Positions 54,220-64,000 of a stretch of 64,000 bases of DNA are shown here, piece after piece (within the stretch, counting starts at the first letter, position 1; each line of letters opens with the position of its first letter). The stretch spans positions 28,768,001 through 28,832,000 of the forward strand of contig NC_043004.1 of the NCBI RefSeq assembly GCF_006345805.1, given 5' to 3'. Both the position numbers and the translations under genes were made by a program. The stretch is from Octopus sinensis. Lineage: Eukaryota. The notes under the pieces are model-generated. The model did not search any database. It was not told where the DNA came from and saw only the letters and a list, made by a program, of their open reading frames with translations.

Positions 54220-55614
54220 CTGCAAAGAGAAGAAAATAAGAATCAGTTTACAAGTGTAAAACAAGATATCACACAATATACAAATAAATCAAAATAGTTT
54301 CTCTTCAATAAGGAAAGGAGCTTATTTTCTCGCCTCTTCAGGGATTAAGTACTAAAATAAAATCTGGAATCCAAGTAAAGTGGTGACAATCTTTATCAGC
54401 AACAATTAATTCACAAGCAATTTCAATGAGTTAAAATGTTATGAGAAGGTAAACTGAAGTTGACAACATTTGAACCCAATATAGAGAATCAAAACAATTC
54501 TGTAAGGCTCTTCTAAGGTTTCAAGACCATTGTCTAAAAAACATCTTGTACATTTACATCCTAATTATTTTTATAAATTTGCTTTCATAAAATACAATTG
54601 AAAAATAATACATGACAAGTTTAGCAATTTTACTAATCAAGTAATTTAATCCCAGATAAATAATAGTGTCCCAAAATGAAGAGCTGATTAGTGATGATTG
54701 TATTTTATATAAAAATGACATACTACCTTAAAATATTTTCAAAGCACTGTTACACCAGAAGGTAACTAGATACATTTGTTAATCAAGATTAATTTACACT
54801 AATCTTACGAATCAGACAACGGTGATGAAATCTCATCAATTAAGTAGTTGAAGTGAATATACCCTTGGACAGCATGTTACTCAAATGCAAATAATTTATA
54901 ATGTAGGCCCTATCTCACAAAATAGAGTAAACCTAGGTTTGTAGAACAAGGCCTCTTGTTCAGAGACACAACAGAATATTTAGAGTAGCCTGTCTATAAT
55001 TCACATAATGAGTTATTATATAGCCATCCCCATCTAAAACACATAGGTACACAACAAACAGTTTGAATGGAGGAATCATGCTCAGTAAGTTGTAAGCAGT
55101 GACCCTTCTAAGTAGTGTGCTTGTATGTGCACAAGTAGGAAAGGAAAGATAAGGTGCAAACACAAAGTTTACACAATGAAATCAGATTTTTGTATAATTG
55201 AAGAAATATGAGTGATGGTTATTTGCATAAACGTGCACATACTTTACAAAGGAAGGTAAAATTTGTACACAGTGCAAACTTTTGTACACACCTACAAAGA
55301 AACTTAAAGGGGGGCATTGGTTGTGAGTTTAATTCTCAATCTAAGAGGCATGTTGTGCCCTTGAGCAATGCATTCCATTTCATGTTGCTTTAGTTTACTC
55401 ATTTGAAAATGAGTACCAGCAACAGTTGAGGGTTAACTCTGTTACAGACTAGTATTCTGTTTGGGAGGAGTGAGGTCTTATAATTTTAGTCACTTAAACA
55501 CCATGGAAACTAGGTAAGCAGGTGTCCAATGGGTGTCTGCTTGGGTAAAGAATATCCCTCAAATACGAGCATATCTGCATGAGTACATGAATACTCCTCT
55601 CAAAGAGTGATACA

Positions 55615-56127
55615 TCTATATATATAAAACTGTAGTTGTGTGAGTGTCTGTCCCCTTCGATTTAGATTCCTAACTACTCCCACATTTTGTGGTGCAGTTT
55701 AACCAAATTTGGGTATCTTATAGTCGTGATTCATATCGAGCCCGTCTGAGTATTAGCACGCATCTACGATGAGTCTACGATTTTAAAAATAATTTAACAT
55801 CATTTTTTATTCCATTTTAATGCATAATTTTTCGTGTGTCGATGGCGGCGGAGTTGGCGTCCATGGTCACACCTGCACCTGTTTGCTTCTCCCCCTTCTT
55901 CCCTCCCTCGTGAAGCTGTGGGGAAGGGAGTGTAAGGAAATCAACGTCGTAAAGCGTTGTCAAGGAGACCAGCGTTCTTTTAGAACAACGACTTCATGGC
56001 TTGAAGACACCAAAACAGAAATGGCTAAGAAAGCCCGAATTGGCATCTATAAGGGAAGTAACTCTCTAAAAATGCTTATATAGTTATTTCCCTTACAAAC
56101 CCAAGCAACGCCGGGCGATACTGCTAG
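55615..56127 (+). mobile_element. Non-autonomous Helitron
   Basis: A|TCtatatatataaaac 5' end; subterminal hairpin cccaagcaacgccggg; CTAG|T 3' end; no TSD. Confidence 0.85.
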
Positions 56128-56347
56128 TTAGAAATAACTTGCTGTCCATCTGTCTATCTATCTATCTATCTATCTCTGTTTCTCTTTATTTTCACCATTA
56201 TCAACAACAATGTCACTGCCAGTACCTTTGTCATCCCACTACCATAACTACCAGCTGCCTATTTCTCATTTTTTGTGAGTTACTTCTCTTAACATTATAC
56301 AATTATATAAATAGTAAGTAGGAGCTTACTATTATAGTAATAAAAAT

Positions 56348-56562
56348 GGCATTGAGCTGGCAGAATTGTTAGCACACTGGGCAAAAATGCTTAGCTGCAT
56401 TTCATCTGTCTTTGTGTTCTGAGTTCAAATTCTGCCATGGTCAACTTGGCCTTTCATCCTTTTGAGATTGATAAAACAAGAACTAGTTGAGCACTGTGAT
56501 GGATATAATTGACTTACCCCAACCCCTGAAATTGCTGGCCGTATTCCAAAATTTGAAACCAA
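56348..56562 (+). mobile_element. tRNA-derived SINE (second family)
   Basis: gagctggcagaattgttag A box, gagttcaaattc B box, gcctttcatccttttgagattgataaa core. Confidence 0.78.
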
Positions 56563-57388
56563 TATACTGATAGAAAGGTATTATTTAAAAGTGTGCTCTT
56601 TGACCTAAAGTAGATAAAGAACAATTAATTAAAAGTTCCAGGGATAATAAACTCGTGGTCCAGCTAGCTGAAGGCACTGGTGAAAAAAAAATGTATATGA
56701 TCCCCCTTGATACTTAGACTATTTCATCTGAAATGTCTCTGAGTTGAAAGCTATACCTTGTTTTTAACAAATAAGTAATTTTAATCTTGTTTGAAAAAGT
56801 AAATGAAATGGTTACTGCACAGGATTTATCTTTCCATGAGCAGAAAAAAATTAACATTCTTCAACAGGTTAGACATTGGATCAGAAAGGATACAACTATC
56901 TTCTCTCCAGTAGCAAATAACTATGGAATATACAAACTCAGACACAGTCAAACCAGTTTAATTTGTACAACAGTGCATGCACTAACAATGTGGAATAAGT
57001 TACTCATTCATAATGCTTGTCACATTGTTTTTGATTTATTTAAGATGTAAGATATAACATTTCTAATGAGCATAATTTTAGCTGCCTTGTAAAAATGTAA
57101 ACAAAATGGTTAGACAACAGGTTTTGTACCTTTGTGGGCAAAAAAGAAAAAAAAATAGAATTCACAAGTCTCAACAGAAATCAGAAACTAAAGTAAGAAA
57201 TAGATTTTGAGGAAGTAAAAATATATAGGAAAGTGAAGGATCAGGAACTGAGTCCCAATAAATTGGCCAACCAAAACAATTTAACATATAAGACCATTCC
57301 TTACAGTGGGAATACCAGCAACAAACATATAAGCATCAAGTAAATAAAATAGGTGAGTACTGTAGTTTGCTTGAAGTATTGTGTATCG

Positions 57389-57598
57389 TTTGTAAAGAAT
57401 AAAAAATTTTGAATGGTACAACAATGCACTATAATACAGACAAAGGGCTATATACCTGTTGTAATTTAGTCAGCCATAGTCTGATATGATATTTCGGAAT
57501 ATCATATCAAACTATGGATGACTAAATTACAACAAGTATATAGCACATTGTATTATAGTGCATTGTTGTACCATTCAAAACTTTTTATTCTTTACAAA
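57389..57598. repeat. ~210 bp near-perfect palindrome (fold-back)
   Basis: tttgtaaagaataaaaa..gaatggtacaacaatgcactataatac..gatatgatat ttcgga atatcatatc..gtattatagtgcattgttgtaccattc..ttattctttacaaa. Confidence 0.93.
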
Positions 57599-60500
57599 TA
57601 AAATAGAAATACAATACAATGTGTGTACATGCATGTGTGTGAACAAGAAAGAGACTTATCGGTAGATTAACTGATTAATAACATTTACAAAGAACTGCTG
57701 GCTATTAACAAAATATTATGGTAAGGAAGTCTACTTGTGAGTAAATATTGTACAAGTATTTACATTGAAGTACTAATGGTTCTTCCTAAATGTGGAACAA
57801 CTGGTTGTTTAGGAGCAAGAAAAGTACATTTAAGGAAGAGTTAGTTTGCAAATGATGTAAGTGCAGAAAAGTACAAATAAATTTATCAATTATGAGACTA
57901 AATAAACAGCAGCAGTGGTGGTGGTATGAGTTGGTAAAAAGTAATGGACAGTGAAAAAGATAACTGACGATTATAAACTATAAATACTGTTTAGAAGTGT
58001 ATGTAACTTGTGTTAATCAAAGATATGTATACAGAGCCACTTCATCACATTGCAGAATATGTATTTTATTTAGTAATGAATTCTTAATTTAGAAAACAGC
58101 AGTTATTTAAAAGTATTCTACCTGTGTTTTTTTTTTTTGTTTTCGTTTTACCAATATACAAAGTAACTTGGCAAATTTGCCAAAATATTAAATTCTGCTC
58201 TTGAACCAAAGGCAGAAATGATAGTGAATAATGAATTTTAGATATTTATCATATGCTGTGATACATGGGAGAGAAATACAAGAATGGTGAACTGTGTTGT
58301 TATATCTTGTTCCACTAAGAAATAGTTTTTAGTTGAGAATATAAGCACTTTTTTGTGGGGGGAAGTATGTAAAGTTTATGATACCTTTACAACAAAAACT
58401 ACTGTTATGTGAATCTCTTTCACCAAACTATTGCCTGTTACTTAAGCTAAAACTGAACTTCTATACTTTCTCTAAAGTCAGTTTTACTCTTACACATTTC
58501 CTGTAGAACAGCTACAAAAATTTAACCAAAAAACAGGTAAATGTAATTCATTTTCTAAATATTGATTTGTTAATTTCAGGGTCACATTCCTCTGTAGGAG
58601 ATGCTGGTTCTTCCTCCATGTCATCATTTATATTTATGTATTTATGTATCATTTGGCATCGTGCTCTTCCAGCATATATTTATGACGTAAAATGTTTGTA
58701 ATCAGCTAATTACTTCACTTACAGTTACTGTGCTTGTTAACAGTCCTAGACAGCTCTTTGTATCAGAAGCATTATAACATACAGGCAGCTGAGAGAACAC
58801 TTTTATGTAATCCATTTTTTGTAGTCATTCTGCGTCATACCATGGACAAGATCAGGAAGTCAGTCTATAACTACCGTTATCCAATGTCCTTAATACATCT
58901 GATTTGAGGAAGATTTAGCTGCTAATTGTAGCATGTCAAGCTAACACATAGATGCTGCATAGAGGATACACAGAGTCTAAAAGTTTTTTTAATTATTTTA
59001 AAACAAACAGAGAGATAAGAATGTTTTGTCAACTACTTAATGAAGATCTACAGAACTTATTTCAGTTATCTCTTGTTATCTTATATTGAAAAAAATATTC
59101 TTTTAAAACCTACTTATCTTAACATCAATTATATCTGTGTGTGTGTGTGTGTGAGTGCATGGTCAAAATTTGTAACATCAGATCTAGTGCCAATTTATAC
59201 GCCAATTTTATTTTAATGCTTTGAAAAACAGACTTAAATAATAAAAGCAAAAATAATTAAATGTTAAATACATTCAATTTTACAAGTCAATGAAAAAACT
59301 GAAAAGAATCTGAAATATCAGTTATGGAAAACTTTTAATTACATTTTGTAAAAAATCTATTTAAAACAAATATAAGTAGGAGACACATAAGATATGAAGC
59401 TTTTGTGATTAGTTTCCAATTTTTAAAAAAGAGGTAATATACTCCTTGAAAATAGGCAAAGCATGAGAAGAACATATCAAGAGTTACTGCTGATTTACTG
59501 GGCATGTCAGAGATCAAAAAGGAGAGAAAACATGTATTCTTCAACATTTAAAGAATTCAATTTAGAAGAGTGGTCTATTTTGAATGATCCTAATGTTATA
59601 TAGAAATAACAATGCTATCAGAGATCAAATCTTCTTCTAAATGTTTTAACTTTGTGGTCAACTAATCTTTAAGCAAAAATTAATCAATGAAAATTAGAAC
59701 AAAAAAATTACAGGATGGTCTTTATTATAAAATTAATGTATTTGCAGATGAAATCCCAAATGAAACTAAACTGCATGATAATAAGGCTCCAACAAATTTC
59801 TTAACTGCCTTTCTAGAAATCCTAATCAAATTAATTTTGTCAAGATTATTCCTAATCATCGCTGTTGTTTTTAACACAAAACTTTATGCAGTGAACCAAA
59901 ATACAAGACATAAAAAACTCTTTATCATAATTATGTTTAATGATCAAGATGTTCAAAGAACTTTTAAAAGAAATCAATAATATGCAAATTCATTCCAACT
60001 CCATCAAAGAAACAAATAAATGAAAGAAAGTTTTGCATAAAGCTAGATTTCAAAAGAAATCTCATTTTACCTGATATTTCTCACTTTGTGGAGAATTATT
60101 TCCTACCACAAACACCCATAAACACATGGCACATATACGTAGAGCATTTTATGACTCTTTAGTCTTAGTTACTTTTAAGAATGCATGCACATAGATGACA
60201 CAATCTTACAGTGTATTGGGAATTAACTTCAAAAATTATAATCAAACAATAAAGAATGCAGCTTTTGTTAAAATAACATCTTTGGCATCCTTCTATCACA
60301 GAAGATAGGATATACATTGGATAAACTTCTGTATTTTTATAAAGAAATGCCACTGTTTGGCTGAGACCATCACCCTATGAAGCACTTATTCTTCAGCCCA
60401 TCTTTTTATAGAGAGTAAAGTTTATGTCTAGCACATACTTATCCATGCATCTTGCCTTTTTTGGAAAGATAGAGAAGTGTAACTCGAAGGACATTTATTT

Positions 60501-61303
60501 AGGTGGTATTTCCATCAAGTCACGGGTTTCCTCATTGGCTGAGAAGCTAATATATATATTTTGTTGTTTAGCCTCACTGAGTAGACTTATAATCATAGAA
60601 ATCTAGCCAGGACCACTCCATCTTATTATTTTCAGATAATTATCTGTAATTATATCATCCAATAATTTGTTACATTTTTAAGAAACTGAGAAAGGATTTC
60701 AAGAAAATTTGGTTCCCTACTTGACACAATTGTGCAAGTTAAAATAAGTTGGCGAAAATAGCTTGTAAAGTGAGATGAAAATAACACTTATGTAATAATC
60801 ATATTTTTGTGGCAAAGACCCATCACTGAATTGAATTCAATTTATTGCCGGAATAAATAAGGAAAGTATTTTATTTTTAACTAAATAACTATGACAAATA
60901 ATAAAATAGTCCACTAAAAATATTATAGATTGTGTAGTTTTTGTTGAGCCCTAGTCAACCATGTTTGAACAGGCTTATGATCAAATGCCAGTCAGCTGTG
61001 GCCAGCTCATCTCATTTTATTCAAATGTAATATCTCAAGCTTAACATTATCTAAAGTGTCATTACTAAGATAAGGGTGTGATGAGAGACTGATTTGTTTG
61101 CACTTTTCACCATACTGAGTGATCAACTACAAACTTCAGCAGAAATACTTTTTATAACTACAAATGTTCCATACTACATAAACATGTAGTAAGTACTACC
61201 ATTCATTCATTTAACAAGTATGAACTACTTTATAAATTATGGGAATATGATGGCCCCCCAGTGAATAAAGTGTGAACTACCTCAATCAGTGATCATATAT
61301 TGC

Positions 61304-61520
61304 TTAACCCTTTGGAATTTAAACTGGTCATATCTGACCCAAATATTCTACCTGCTTTATGTTTAAACTGGCCATATCTGGCCTCACATCTACCCTAAAA
61401 TTCTCAAAATAAACAATCACATCATCAAAATGTTGAAGCTGTGAGATAATGCATGATTAATTCAGAACAATGTGAATAAATATTACATTTGACAGAGTAA
61501 TCTGAATGCTAAAGGATTAA
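61304..61520 (+). mobile_element. piggyBac-type MITE
   Basis: ttaacccttt .. ttacatttgacagagtaatctgaatgctaaaggattaa; ends homologous to 47943-49699. Confidence 0.8.
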
Positions 61521-62179
61521 GTAAGTGTTAAGTGTGCACTTAGAAACTGTCCTTCAGTGGAAAGCATTTTTATTTTATTAAAATTGCATTATATAAATGA
61601 GACTATTAAATTGTATTTACATTAAATTGGCATTCTTATGAAAAGAATGAATAGCAATTCTTAATTTTTCATTGATTTCTTTTTAGCCATTTTATTTAAT
61701 CATAATTAAAAATCAGGTTTTAATCTTCACTTATCAATTTGTCAAAAAAAAAAAGGATGCACTGGGTCTAGAAGAACATAAGTTTTCAGGGAAAGCTGCA
61801 GTGGAAGTGTCACAAAATTTCTCACATGTCCCAACATATTTATATTTTGACAGGGTCGAATATATCTCCTTCTGAAAAGGAGGCTTTAAAAAAATTTCTG
61901 AGAAAAGAAAGCTTAAATATAAACAATGAAGTAATAAAAGGGAATTTTTAAGTAACTTAGTTTTTGAGTAGAAGTATAATTATACATCCTACAGTGAATG
62001 GGCAGTGAAACAGAACAACAGGTGTTGTAGCAATAGCTGAAGGAATACATAAATTAACAGTAGATATTGTTAATAAAGAGGAGTTTTTTTAAAAGATTAG
62101 TTTAATCAGCAAACTTGGGACTGAGTCTTTACCATGATTTCTTTCCTCTTTACTCATACCTATATTTTTAAAAAATGAG

Positions 62180-62460
62180 GTACTTTTGAAAAGTCACCTG
62201 CGGAGATACCTCTGCACCTATGATGGATGACAGTAGTTTCTTTAGCATCTCACCAGTAAGGTGTTGATGCATGATGAGTTGAAACAATTGAAGTAGTTCT
62301 GAATTAAGAGCCTCATGAATTCCATTTTCTGTCTCTAACATTTTTCATATAAACTCTACGGACACAAAGGAATTCCCAGAATAAATCCAGTGATGTATAC
62401 CTCCATACTATTATTGACATCAGGTAGTCGAATACTGTAGACAGGCTTTAAACAGCACAC
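62180..62460 (-). mobile_element. Old BovB-like RTE relic
   Basis: EALNSELLQLFQLI, KETTVIH and CRGISAG in shifting frames resemble the RTE pre-RT motifs. Confidence 0.5.
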
Positions 62461-62499
62461 TACAAGCTGTATATTAAAATATAAAATTATTACTGTGTA

Positions 62500-62548
<49 letters not shown>

Positions 62549-62789
62549 ATATATATATAAATTTAAATAATAAGGGTAAAACATTGAATATTAATTTGAT
62601 TAATATCAATTTAAACCAGTGGCCTAGCATATTGAAAAAAATATGAAGATAGGGATGACCACTAAGTGGTCATCCAATATGATGGATGTAGACCCCATAT
62701 GATCTGACCACAAAGAAAAGATTGTCCACAAGAACATTTTTAATTTCACATATGTGCATTGCTTGCTTTTGATTTTGTCAACTACACAG

Positions 62790-63340
62790 TATAGTAGGGT
62801 CAGTTGGGCACCATCTGTGAGAAAAACAGCACCATGAAGCAATTCACTCTGCTAGAAATTTGGAAATGACATGCTGTACTGCTTGATATTCGTGCTGGAA
62901 GCTCCAATACAAACATTTCAGAGTGTTTGGGTGTCAATTTGAGAACATGTACTGAGAGTGATAAAAATCAAACATCCAGTCAACATCATGGTGCTTGGAA
63001 TGATCACTAGTGATGGTGAGATTATACCTCCATTCATCTTCCCACACAGTCTCAGGCTCAATATGGAGCCTACATCAAGTGCCTGGAGGAGGTAGTGTTG
63101 CCCTGGATCAAGAGGGTCACTGCTGGAAGACCCTATGTCTGACAACAAGACTCTGCACCATGCCACACAAGCAGGAGAACTGAGTCATGGCTGTCAGACA
63201 ATTTCTGCAAACACAACACCCTTCACATCTGGCCACCCAACTACCAAGACTGCAATTCACTTTATTGTGCGGGGGTGCAGTTGAGCAAGAGACCAACAAA
63301 ACTTCTTGTAACACTAAAGATGAACTAAAGGCAGCATTCA
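62790..63340 (+). mobile_element. maT/DD37D-type Tc1-mariner transposase relic
   Basis: KHPVNIMVLGMITSDGEIIPPFIF..YIKCLEEVVLPWI..QQDSAPCHTSRRT..IWPPN.QDCN. Confidence 0.85.
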
Positions 63341-64000
63341 CGTGGAGTTAGACAACAGTTCATTCACCGCACCCTGTATACACACAGTCACAGACACACA
63401 CACATATATATATATATATTATACACACACACATATATTCACACACACAAGTAGAGTGAGTGTATGTATCTATATGTACACAATTATATGTTTTGAATTG
63501 ATGTTGAATTCCCTTTTTATCTCAGTCATTCATACAACATAGTTCAAATGATTAGTTTTTCCATACACCCAAATTATTCTCTAATAGAAAGAAATCTGAT
63601 ATTTTCCAAACTATCTTTATTTGGTTAGTAGCTAGGTTTTGCTAAGACCTAGACAGCAATGATCCAACAGATCAAATCATCAATGATGTTCCAACTCTAT
63701 CTAATTTCACAAATAAATAAATCTATATAAATTATAACTGAACCATACCTATAGCACTTGATGTATCCTTTTCTTTCAAGATGACATGGTGTGATTTGAA
63801 GGCAATTTCTAGGTCAAGTGACAGCGTCCTACATCAGTCTGAACTGAAGAGGCACCTTGCTTTAATTGATTGAAATAAAAGAACCTTACTGCTTCATTTA
63901 AAATTATAAGGTCATCTCTTACACACACCATAATGAGCTGGGAGTACTATGAATAGATTGTATATATTAATTGTTTATATTGATGCTATGACTCTCTGAC

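Noticed and set aside
58550-58660. Acidic peptide DDMEEEPASPTEECDPE on the minus strand
   Set aside because: Short, bounded by stops, with no suitable splice sites or recognisable family
58723-58790. Possible 66 nt minus-strand exon (ctcag..gtaagt) upstream of the RING exon
   Set aside because: Open only in phase 0, which is incompatible with the phase-1 acceptor at 54219; no recognisable homology

Overview
AT-rich, repeat-dense animal genomic DNA. The SINE and RTE-LINE families and the (TA)n/(GAT)n tracts suggest a coleoid cephalopod, probably Octopus; this is inference. One real protein-coding gene spans most of the window on the minus strand: a Polycomb PRC1 RING-finger gene (BMI1/PCGF4/Psc-like). 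I can splice nine phase-compatible GT-AG exons from 54219 to 4335, giving about 578 aa: a C3HC4 RING, a RAWUL domain and a ~340 aa basic low-complexity tail. No ATG is present in the RING exon, so the start codon must come from an upstream exon. The introns hold decayed transposons: RTE, CR1 and Tx1 LINEs, two Mag-type Gypsy LTR elements, Chapaev3, mariner/Tc1/maT, piggyBac with its MITE, two hAT MITEs, a Helitron and tRNA SINEs. The most unusual item is a ~356 bp non-coding, hairpin-rich insert (8777-9132) with an 11 bp TSD and a 26 bp terminal redundancy (323 nt unit). It carries a minimal type-I hammerhead ribozyme, so it is a retrozyme-like circular-RNA element, nested in a Gypsy that is itself nested in a Chapaev3. 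Most short ORFs in the supplied track are TE fragments or microsatellite noise.
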